A stretch of 64,000 nt of DNA from Antedon mediterranea (lineage: Eukaryota; Animalia; Echinodermata): contig NC_092680.1 in the NCBI RefSeq assembly GCF_964355755.1, positions 7,068,001-7,132,000 of the forward strand, in the 5' to 3' direction. The number at the start of each line of letters is the position of its first letter. Positions within the stretch are counted from its first letter, which is position 1. The notes below the pieces were generated by a model. It ran no database searches and was not told the origin of the DNA. It worked only from the letters and a program-made list of their open reading frames with translations. Shown piece after piece: positions 53,125-64,000 of this stretch. The translations under genes were made by a program, and so were the position numbers.

Positions 53125-56098
53125 TTAGTCAACAACACATTTTTTATCGGAGTGTAATTTAGCAATGACTTTTTCCAGTCTTGATATCTTTGAATCGTCT
53201 TTCATTCTTGTCTTCTCGACTGATTTAATACTTCTAACTTCCATTTCTCCAACGACGTTCTCTTCGGTTCTATCGATTGGCAATTTTAGTACCTTCTTAC
53301 CAGCCAACATCTTGTTTTGGTCGTCATAGACGTGTTCTTTATTCAAAGTTGCCACATACAGGCTTTTCTCAAAGGCTTTCCGTTTTGATACCAAACTCGT
53401 TATTTTAATGGTAGGCATTTTCTGTTTTCTTTTTCTAGAGCGTAAATCGACCTTGTGGTTAATGTCATCAATTATCACACCACTTTTTCCGTCATCAATC
53501 GTTTGTAATGCTCTGTCGCATTTCATAGACACCATGATACAATTCTTTCCAACGTTACTAAAAACTAGTCCACCTCTCTCTTTCCCTGACACTCTCTTAG
53601 GATCTCCAAGTGTACCAGCAGTATCGATTTTTTCTTGGTGACGACATAATGTTCTTGCAATTTCCTGGTCAACACGCCCAACATTTTGACGAGGAGTCGT
53701 GTTTTCCTCATCATATACACAATCATCGTCATCATCAACAATGATTAAAGAATCATCATCACTATCTGTATTATAACATTCTGTCGCTGGAAGTTTCACG
53801 TATGGTGTCACTTTCGACCATTTACTCTGGAGGTCAAATCTTTCATTTTGTTCCAATTTAACGGATTTCAATCCATTTTCATATTTGTCAAATGATGAGG
53901 ATAGTCTGTTCCTTTCTATCACAGCAACTGTTTCATTTATCTTTTCCTGTAGGTCGGCAACTTTTTTTTTTAATTGTTTGATTTTCGCTTCGTTTTTAGA
54001 AGGGATAGTGACCATTGCTTGTTGATGTACCTATACAGAAACATTTTGTGAATTAACGTTAACAAAGTATACACACTGACAGTAAATGACACTTTAACGA
54101 CAATGTTATGATATAGATGATAGTACTACTACATCATGATGATAGTACTACTACATCATGATGATAGTACTACTACTACATGATGATAGTACTACTACAT
54201 CATGATGATAGTACTACTACATCATGATGATAGTACTACTACATCATGATGATAGTACTACTACATCATGATGATAGTACTATACTACTACATCATGATG
54301 ATAGTACTACTACATCATGATGATAATACTACTACATCATGATGATAGTACTACTACATCATGATGATAGTACTATACTACTACATCATGATGATAGTAC
54401 TACTACATCATGATGATAGTACTATACTACTACATCATGATGATAGTACTACTACATCATGATGATAGTACTACTACATCATGATGATAGTACTACTACA
54501 TCATGATGATAGTACTATACTACTACATCATGATGATAGTACTACTACATCATGATGATAGTACTACTACATCATGATGATAGTACTACTACATCATGAT
54601 GATAGTACTACTACATCATGATGATAGTACTACTACATCATGATGATAGTACTACTACATCATATGGCAGCAAACTCAAAACTGCCAATTACAATAGTAA
54701 GATAAAACAGGACAACAAAAATTGAATTGTTCTTACTTCATCGTGATCTGGTCTTATATTAGAACACTTCCTTCTATAGTTTACTCCGGGTGCAGGCCTG
54801 TAACAGAGAAACAGTATTTACATCTCTCTTCTACAGTATTCATTGTTGTCTACGATATCGTTTGTTACGTTTAGTACCTTGAGGAATCTATAGACCTCCT
54901 TTATTTCAATATTCAGTTATTCATTTTTACAAAGTTTACGAAGAAATAGAGAAACTTAAACGCATGCTGTTTCATTATTACTTACTTAGTTTGTTACGTT
55001 TTACTTGTCAATGTTACGTATCATTACTTTTCTCTGTTTAGTGTTACTGTTAGATAAATAACATTTCTTATGTATGATATAGTATAATTAGTGGTGGCTG
55101 ATTACCTTTCTGTGTCAGTAGGTCTGTTGATAGGCATTGAATGAAGCGCATGGGTTGAGATGTCTTGTGCGCGATCGATATAATTTACAAGCTGTAGTCC
55201 AAGTAGTGGATTTGAACCCATTAACTGAATCAATTCGCTCTTTATGATAATCTGCAAAGTTAACATTTTCTTTATTTTCTAAGTATATTTTGTCAGTTTT
55301 TAGGTTTGGATCCGCTTCCGTTTGACAGCATTCCATACCGCCATGATAGCATAGTAAAACAAACTAAAAAACACATTTGTTAACATCTCCTATAATATAC
55401 CTGTTCATAATTTTCTTGTTTACTTGATGGCAGCAAGTTGATCTGATTCATCAGAAGACCAATTATACTCTTTAACTTGGTTGGTGTTTTCGAATACGAT
55501 GCCTATATAGAAGAGTTGCATTCAATAATCGTGGGCCTATACATTTTAATACGATGTGACGGATAATTGTTTGCTTAAAGTTAAGTGTTTAGGCCTAGAT
55601 ACAAATTCATTTAATAAAAAAGATGAAAAAACATTTCAAAGCCTTCTCACCACGTTTTGATTTGTTTTTAAAATACCCAAAGAAGTATGTTACTGTAGGC
55701 CTATCTTAAAAATAAAATATGCAACAGAAATTAAATGGAAGAAAAGCAATTAATCAATAATATCAGAACTGATATTACCTTTACATCGTTTAATAAGTTT
55801 AAAAATTCTTCTACTTCTTCTAGTTGTACATCAAAAGCTGTAACAAAAATATTTAAAAAAAAACATAGGCATATTAATGTTTTAAAATAATCATGCCTAT
55901 TGTAATTTGTGTAGGCCTAGGCCTAGCCTAGGGAGGCCTGTACAACAGACAATTAAAAAAAATCCATAAATTAATGATATTTTTCCGTTCTTAATTAAAT
56001 TAAAACTCGCATCTTAACTTAAAAACGCGTTTTTAATTAATTCCTTTCTTACCTGATGAATACTTTTCAATCATGTGTTGGTGAACGCCGGTAGACAT
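53125..56098 (-). CDS. Uncharacterised ~439-aa protein, weakly Daxx-like, 6 coding exons
   Basis: Exons 56098-56053, 55837-55779, 55502-55401, 55251-55106, 54797-54737 and 54030-53125 join in frame (1320 nt), all GT-AG. Helical N-terminus, coiled segment AKIKQLKKKVADLQEKI, SIM-like DDDSLIIVDDDDD and NLS-like RSRKRKQK. Confidence 0.75.
54115..54663. repeat. 22-bp quasi-palindromic minisatellite (catgatgatagtactactacat), ~24 copies, intronic
   Basis: Direct inspection; some units carry a 5-bp tatac insertion. Confidence 0.95.
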
Positions 56099-57080
56099 TC
56101 TACGATTTTAATCGTTGCTGCTTTCTTTAAAACAAACAAAACTTGATATGAATATTCTCAGATAAATGATGCTTCCTTCAAACAAAACCGTTAAGTAACA
56201 TTCTATAATGTTCTAATTTAGTGAAGACGCGCGCTCATTTGCGCGTGCAGATTTCGAAATAATCAATTAACGCAGCGTACACGTCACACAGCTATCAATG
56301 GAAATGTTAAGATAATTATTTTGTTTGGTACTCCTATAGGCCTAGAAACAAAACGCGCTACCTCACGCTACTTATAATTTTCGTGAGCACTAGAGGCACG
56401 CCTAGGCCTATAGCAAATAATACCCATTTCACACCAAAAGGTGTGCAAGGGGTATTAGTCAATTAATCAATAGATTATGTTTAAAATGATGATTAAATAA
56501 AGATCGAAACGTCGAATCATGACTTCCCTCTCTCGTTATTTGGAGTTCAGTTTTATACTATACTGAAAATAAATGGCAACATTAAAGTAAACAAATACAA
56601 AATATATAATTAATATTAATTTTATTTTGAAATCAAACAAACTTATAATCTAGTATATAATAAAGTCTAAACAAGTACACATTAATTGCGAATAATATGT
56701 GAATAGTACAGAAAAAATAATACTTGTAATCAAATATAATTTTGTGAATTAAGTTTAAGGCCCTATGGAAAACAATCACTAAGTTCCGATATACTTCTGA
56801 GGAATACTTTAACATGAATATCAACGTTCTAATTATCTAAGCATTTGGAATACATAAAGTATTTACATATGTTTAATAACCCAGATATACCCTTCATCAA
56901 AGGGTATGAATCAAGTAATAACATAACGATACAATTTGAACAAGTCATACTGGAAGCATTTATTCTTAGTACTGTGTAAAGATTTTTTTATGAAATAAAA
57001 AAGTTCATTTTAAAGAAAATTCACATTCACGGTATTAGAAAGGTGTCAGCATTGAAAACTACAGTAGAAATATTAAAACA

Positions 57081-58330
57081 CCTTCAGGGCCCAACAGTGT
57101 CCCCTTAATAGAGTTATTCCCTGAGTAGGAGTTGGCTGTAGTATATTAAACCATTCTTTTCTGTTATTTGTTTCACATGGAAAACCTTCAGGGCCCAACA
57201 GTGTCCCCTTAATAGAGTTGTTCCCTTAGTAGGAGTTGGCTGTAAGTGTTAAACCATTCTTTTCTGTTATTTGTTTCACATGGAAAACCTTCAGGGCCCA
57301 ACAGTGTCCCCTTAATAGAGTTATTCCCTGAGTAGGAGTTGGCTGTAGTATATTAAACCATTCTTTTCTGTTATTTGTTTCACATGGAAAACCTTCAGGG
57401 CCCAACAGTGTCCCCTTAATAGAGTTATTCCCTTAGTAGGAGTTGGCTGTAAGTGTTAAACCATTCTTTTCTGTTATTTTTTTCACATGGAAAACCTTCA
57501 GGGCCCAACAGTGTCCCCTTAATAGAGTTGTTCCCTGAGTAGGAGTTGGCTGTAAGTGTTAAACTATTCTTTTCTATTATTTGTTTCACATGGAAAACTT
57601 CAGGGCCCAACAGTGTCCCCTTAATAGAGTTATTCCCCGAGTAGGAATTGGCTGCAAGTGTTAAACCATTCTTTTCTGTTATTTGTTTCACATGGAAAAC
57701 CTTCAGAACCCAACAGTGTCCCCTTAATAGAGTTATTCCCCGAGTAGGAGTTGGCTGTAGTATATTAAACCATTCTTTTCTGTTATTTGTTCACATGGAA
57801 AACCTTCAGGGCCCAACAGTGTCCCCTTAATAGAGTTATTCCCTGAGTAGGAGTTGGCTGTAGTATATTAAACCATTCTTTTCTGTTATTTGTTTCACAT
57901 GGAAAACCTTCAGGGCCCAACAGTGTCCCCTTAATAGAGTTGTTCCCTGAGTAGGAGTTGGCTGTAAGTGTTAAACCATTCTTTTCTGTTATTTGTTTCA
58001 CATGGAAAACCTTCAGGGCCCAACAGTGTCCCCTTAATAGAGTTATTCCCTTTAGTAGGAGTTGGCTGTAAGTGTTAACCCATTCTTTTCTGTTATTTGT
58101 TTCACATGGAAAACCTTCAGGGCCCAACAGTGTCCCCTTAATAGAGTTATTCCCTGAGTAGGAGTTGGCTGTAGTATATTAAACCATTCTTTTCTGTTAT
58201 TTGTTTCACATGGAAAACCTTCAGGGCCCAACAGTGTCCCCTTAATAGAGTTGTTCCCTGAGTAGGAGTTGGATGTAAGTGGTAAAACATTCTTTTCTGT
58301 TATTTGTTTCACATGGAAAACCTTCAGGGC
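57081..58330. repeat. ~104-bp tandem satellite, ~12 copies
   Basis: Unit ccttcagggcccaacagtgtccccttaatagagttattccctgagtaggagttggctgt...tttcacatggaaaa; two interspersed variants (agtatattaaacc vs aagtgttaaacc). Confidence 0.95.
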
Positions 58331-59285
58331 TCACCAGTATCCTCGTAATAGGAGTTGTTCCCCCGAGTAAGAGTTGGTTGTTTTTTGTTATTCGTTTCAC
58401 ATGGGAAAGTGTCACTTTAAAGGAGTGCAGTCCCCTCCTTGTGAAGAGGTGTCCTACTATACAGAGTGGTTCTGCAAAAGTTGGTTATATTCAGTTGGGA
58501 AGAATAACTAGGCCTATCTCAGAGAATGTACTAAGGAAAACCAAAACTTAAGCTTCAAATATAAAGGTGACTTAGGTATTCCACTATACTACAGAAATAG
58601 GTCAATTGTATTAGATTCCTAGAATATAATTATGTACATCTATTTCAGCTCTAGTAATAAAAACAAAATTAAGTACTTTACATTTTTAAGATGTCATAAT
58701 CAAAAAGAAAAAAAGAATCATTTACATTCACTAAAAAATTATCCTTTGTCCATATATATACAGTACATAACAAATGAAAGATGAAAAAAATATTGCATAT
58801 TTTATCAATTGTTTTTATATTATATCTAATATTTCATTATTTTTTTGTTATTTGGAAAACAATGTATACAGTGTCATAGATTCGTATAGATTGGTTTATT
58901 TACCAATTCATCAAATCTTAATGGATTAAAAATGTGACCAAATTAGGAGAATAAATAAATAAAATATATTCACTTTAAAAACATACATTCAGTGAAAATG
59001 TCTACCTATATATCATAAAAAATTGTTGCTAGTATTAATTAAGTACTGTTCTTAAAACATAGATAAAAAGATGCTATAATTAAGTACAAGTGACATCCGA
59101 CATTAATTGAAGAATTCCATGAAAATAAACTTTTTTTACTGAACAAGTAAATTTAAAATCTTTATCCTTTTAAGCTCTGTTTACACTATCAAACTTTATG
59201 GAAAAAAAAGTGATGTGCCCATATATGGGCATGATGATGTCATATCACTACCATATTTGGTGAATTGAAAACTACCGTAGTGACT

Positions 59286-62200
59286 TCAAATGCTATCATA
59301 ACCAGTTGCACCTTTTGTCCCTTGACAGGTTAATATACTCCAACTATACATAACACCGTCCTGAAAAATGATTTTAAATTATTATTTTTAGCAGAATACA
59401 AGTTGAAAGTTAAAGATGTATTAACATGAAAAACAAAATTTATTAAATCAGACTTTGAATATGTTATTTTGTAGTTAATCACTTCAATAGGAAAAAACCC
59501 CGAAAAAATCATGTTTTCACTTATAAAATGACAAAATAAATGGTAAAATTCAACCAAAAATCGATTAGCTGGCAGCCAATTTGACCATTTTTTGCTAAAT
59601 ACATTTTTTTCGATCCAAGTTTTTGTCAAAGTGGATAATTATTATGTTACATTAAAATAGAATATTCAACAAAAATTTGTTTAAGAATTAATTTTCAGGG
59701 GGACAATACATCTTTAAGGTAGACTATCCTCATAATTTTGTTGTGAAGGGGTCACCCGGGCTGTTGTGAAGGGGTCACCCGGGCTGTTGTGAAGGGGTCA
59801 CCCGGGCTGTTGTGAAGGGGTCACCCGGGCTGTTGGCTGCTAACAATGAGACACCTTGATAATGCCTGTATTATTAAGCTCTGTCTACACTATCAAACTA
59901 GTTTGAAAAATAAGTTTGATGTGCCCAAATTTGTGCACATCACAGAGCTTTAGATTATAGAAGATATAGGGATCCCATTTTAATGATAATTTAAAGAAGT
60001 CAGACTTACTGCAATCAGGCCAGGGAGTGAGTTCCAGAATTCATAGTTTGGTATTAACTCTTTGCCATTTGCACCACCTAACTTGTTCAATATTATTCCC
60101 AACAGGAAATAAATTATTAATGTTGGAAAAAATCTATAGAAAAATAAGAAATAAAAAAAGATTCAAATGTTTAAAATTAATTATTAAAATGTTAAAATTT
60201 AAACTTTAAAATTCCAATTTGAAGAAATATGGACTGACTAAAGCTCTGTCTACACTATACAATTTTATGTGACAAAAAAATGTGATGTTTCCATATATGG
60301 ACACGATGACATCATATCACTACCATATTTGGGCATATCACACTTTTTTTATCAAACTAGTTCGATAGTGCAGACAACTACTGTAAATGATGGGAATGAA
60401 TTTGAAAGACTTAATATTGGAACATAAAAATCCATTGTCATAATAACAATTCTTCACATATCTGGACTATGTTTAAATATAGGCCCTACCAACACTATCT
60501 ACTTGTCATGGCATTTTCTGTTGAAATAACATTTTTATACTGGTTAGTTATTTTACTTACATAAGCAACAAGATTGAACCAGTACTAAGGCCTTCTGATG
60601 CCGGTACATAGGGTACAACAGATGGCGGTACATAACAGGCTTCAGCAGAATAAAAGGTGAACACGTTCTGAAAAACAATGTTAGATTCACTTGTCATATC
60701 ATAACAAAAACATGGCAGTGTTTATGAATGACTAAAAGTGAATTTATAAAGAGCTTAGTGACTTTAATAATAGACTTTAGCTCTGTCTACACTATCAAAC
60801 TAATTTGACAAAAAAAGTGTGATGTGCCCAAATATGGTAGTAATATGACATCACCGTGTTCATAGGCACATTACATTTGTTTGTGTCACATAAAGTTTAA
60901 TAGTGTAGACAGAGCATTTAGTTATATCCAAAATATATTTAGTGTTTTTTTTAACATAAGACCAAGATCAAGTGTGTGGGGGTATTAGCACAGAACACTG
61001 AGAACATTCATTTTATTTTAAAAAAAATTATTGCTGATCAATCTGAATTTGGAGTAGGAAACAGAGTTTTGTATTGTTTTTCGCTTAACAATGTGTAGCG
61101 AGTAAGGTGGTATTGTGTAGTATCCAGCTATGCTACACTAGAGAAAATGTTCCCTGGCAATGAGTCTATACCTGTAGGAACAAAACTGCTCAAATGTGCA
61201 CATTGTTAACTATTCAAAATAAGGTAATGCCAAATAATAATTGCTTAGTTTAAAAATGTAAGTATACCAACGTACCAAACCTTTTTTATTTTCTATTTTT
61301 GTATTTGCAGATTCAGGAACCGTACCAATGTTGCTAGATATTGGTAAAAGCCACTTTGAATTCAAATCACATTTAAATATCAGAATAGTACCATTTGGGT
61401 ATTGTGTGTAATAGATTTGAAACATTGAATTTGTTGGAGCTAAATAAAAAAAAAACACATTTTATCAATGAATTATACAGTAGTCTTAAAGATATATTGT
61501 CCCCCTAAAAAAATTTTTTTTTTCAAATTGTTTTTTGAATATGCCATTTAAATTTAATGTCACATAATAGTTTTTAATACTTGATTGACACTTCAAAAAC
61601 AGGTTCGAAAAAAAATGATTTATCTAAAAATAATGTAATTTAAAGCAAAAAATACTTAAATTGTGTCAGACAATGGTTTAATAATTATCATTTCGTTTTT
61701 CTTTTTATAAGTGAAATAATTTTTTTTTTTTTACAGAAGTGAATAACTATAATTCAAAGTCTGATTTGATTTATCTTCATTTTACATGTTTTTGGGGACA
61801 ATACATCTTTAAGGTTTTGGATGTAGAAAACACAGGATAGCATCCTACAGTACTACACAATTTATTACCTCACTGGAATATAATATTGACTGATGGAGGT
61901 GTCAATTAATTTATGTATTCGAGTTGTATCGCTCGTCTCAGTTAGAATTAGGCTAATGTTGGTTTATCCAAGTAAGCTAGGCACGAAATAGACATTCTCC
62001 TGCATACAGTGTTACATGGATGTTGAACAAATTTTCAAAATTATTTTCGTTTTCATATTTATTATTATGTTCAGTGTTTTTTATAAATGAACCAACACAT
62101 TTTTTTTAAGGCTTCGTTTTGTAGCTAATATTTAACACATAATACTTACTTGAATCTATAGGATTTTTGGTACTATCATATGATCCTAACGATTTGTAAT

Positions 62201-63127
62201 TATTTATATCAGTGATATTACGAGACACAGCCACAGCCACACTACAACTGTCACAGTTAAAGGATGATGGGAGAGTATTACAAACTGAGAAACTGTACTG
62301 ACAGGATATAGCATTTTCTTCAGGACATTCATCATACTCATTTGTATTATAGGTCCAGTATTGAGCCCTAAATAGAAAAAGAAGGAAGTAAAAATACAAA
62401 TTTTAAGTTCACATACTGTATTATACAAAAGTTTTGAAATATATCAAACCTCTTACAAGATTATCAGAATGATCCACCTGCTCTACCTCATAATGCATAT
62501 CACCAGAAAAAGTTAAATACTAGGCCCTACCTTTAAATTAAAAGTTTATCGCAAATAGCTTGCACAATGCATGATAAAGGGTTTGGAGCAAACGTCACGA
62601 CGCGTACGTACAAACAACAAATCATGTACGTACGCGTTGTGATGCTAGGCTATTACACTTATTAATATTATTAAAACACATAGATTTCCAACATTTATTA
62701 TGATTTTATTATACATGAAAATTGAATAACTAATAATAATTAGCAATGGTATGATACATTTCGTATGATTCACACATTATTATAGTGGTAGGGCTTCCAT
62801 GCTATTACTGCCTAGTACTAGTAGGCCTAGGCTAGGCTAGCTAGGCCTACTAGTAACTACCTAGTATTAAGGCTAGAGATAGAATACTAAATAGAGAAGA
62901 GAGAAGCTACTAGATAGCCTGGCCCTAGTAGCTAGCTAGGCCTAGGGTAGGGAGGCCTAGCCTACTCACTTGGTTAAATTCTGAATATTAAAACCGTCAG
63001 CACCACAAATTTGTGTTTGTGAATTGGCAGAACTCCAACACAATAGCAGTATTATAATAAAACACAAATACACATTTACAATGTTATTTTGAGGCCCAGG
63101 CCTATGTCTAAACCTCCCAGCTTCCAT
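59286..63127 (-). CDS. Cation-dependent mannose-6-phosphate receptor/ATG27-like type I membrane protein (~281 aa), 6 exons
   Basis: Exons 63127-62970, 62367-62150, 61439-61276, 60667-60561, 60133-60010 and 59360-59286 are in frame. Signal peptide, Cys-containing MRH-like domain (YSFSVC, SLG, LIFKCD, FTFYSAEAC), TM GLSTGSILLLIFFPTLIIYFLLGIIL, tail GKELIPNYEFWNSLPGLIADG..GYDSI*. Confidence 0.82.
59414..59713. mobile_element. Kolobok-like copy with a damaged left TIR
   Basis: ttaa-agatgtatt... ...ggggacaatacatct-ttaa; interior is partly the reverse complement of 61490-61808. Confidence 0.6.
59741..59835. repeat. 23-bp GC-rich tandem repeat x4 (ttgtgaaggggtcacccgggctg)
   Basis: Four identical units. 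Confidence 0.9.
61490..61808. mobile_element. Kolobok-like MITE
   Basis: TIR agatatattgtcccc / ggggacaatacatct with TTAA flanks. Confidence 0.8.
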
Positions 63128-64000
63128 CCTCGATCCCCTCTACGCGAAATGTGTGTCTGAGCTGTCTGCTGTTTGTAGTCCTCAGGTGTATCACATGACT
63201 TACTTTATTTACCTTGAGGCGTATTCGACTGGTCGCAAAACTACTTTTGCGATCAAGTTTTCCAGTCGAATAAAAGCCTCTTTGGTGGTTTAAATCGTTG
63301 GTGGGGCTAGTTTGTTTGTGTGTGGGGGGGTTGGTTGTTGGCCCTTCTCTTCTCCAAACGACAAAATATAAAGGATGGTGATAGCAAGGGAGTTCGTGAT
63401 ATCTTTTTCTTTGTTTCAGTAATAAAATTAGATCTAGGCTAGCCTAGAATCTTCTTCGGTAAGGCCAAAAATAAAATGATTTCGTAACCTATGAAACTCT
63501 CTAAATAGGCTAGCCTAGGGGTAGGGCCAGGGCGGCCCAACTAAACTAGCCTAGGCCTCTCTAGGTAGGCTAGGCCGCCGCCTGGCCCTCTCTCCCAGCT
63601 AGGCTAGGCCTAATGTCTGGCCCTCTCCCAGCTAGGCCTAGGCCTACTGTCTGGCCTAGGCTACTGCTGGTAGCACATTGGTGTGCTATTGAACCACATT
63701 GAACCCCAATTACAATAATGAACCACATCGAACCCCATCATGACGATTCACATATTGAACCCCAATAATGATGAACCACACACCGAATCCCATCCATCCA
63801 ATGAACCAGGTCCGACGAATTACCCCCATACGATGAGTCATGCTACGTACTTGCAACAAGCGCTGTATTGAGTAAATCGGCCTCCAGTCTCAAACACGGG
63901 CCTCTGGCAGAAAATCTGGAGAAGAGATGATGATGAGTAAAGCCCTGGGTCCGTGTGGACTTGTTCAATGGGGTGCGGTGTAGTAAATCGCCAGACCACA

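Noticed and set aside
55115-55336. 73-aa minus-strand ORF MECCQTEA...
   Set aside because: Wrong frame; the spliced exon 55251-55106 uses a different frame.
57081-58551. CRISPR-like regularity and ORFs within the 104-bp array
   Set aside because: Units are repeated in full with no unique spacers, there are no cas genes, and the context is eukaryotic; the ORFs are repeat artefacts.
63915-63990. Hammerhead ribozyme or C/D snoRNA (gatgatgag)
   Set aside because: No CUGANGA..GAAA core or matching D box and stems could be identified.

Overview
AT-rich, intron-rich animal genomic DNA. The TAGGCCTA-rich blocks, Deu-type SINEs and a kinesin-C-like gene suggest an invertebrate deuterostome, probably an echinoderm (inference). 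I reconstructed ten spliced or single-exon genes by hand from GT-AG phase: the 3' end of a ShKT-domain gene (+), C15orf61-like (-), CCDC87 (+), MRPS30 (-) head-to-head with GALK2 (+), a cathepsin-H-like gene with its catalytic Cys replaced by Gly (+), a single-coding-exon fem-1 homolog (-), a KCBP/kinesin-C-like kinesin-14 (+), a weakly Daxx-like orphan (-) and a CD-MPR/ATG27-like membrane protein (-). Repeats include Harbinger-type MITEs, Deu-SINEs, Helitron/HINE-like elements, a three-level nest of DNA transposons and several minisatellites. The most notable items are the intact pseudo-protease, an intronic array of six duplicated 5' splice sites or possible 12-nt microexons in GALK2, the calmodulin-binding-type kinesin with two Sld2/FAM13-like stalk motifs, and a ShK domain lacking both cysteines of one disulfide. 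Family assignments come from recalled motifs, not database searches. No CRISPR, rRNA or bona fide tRNA genes were seen.
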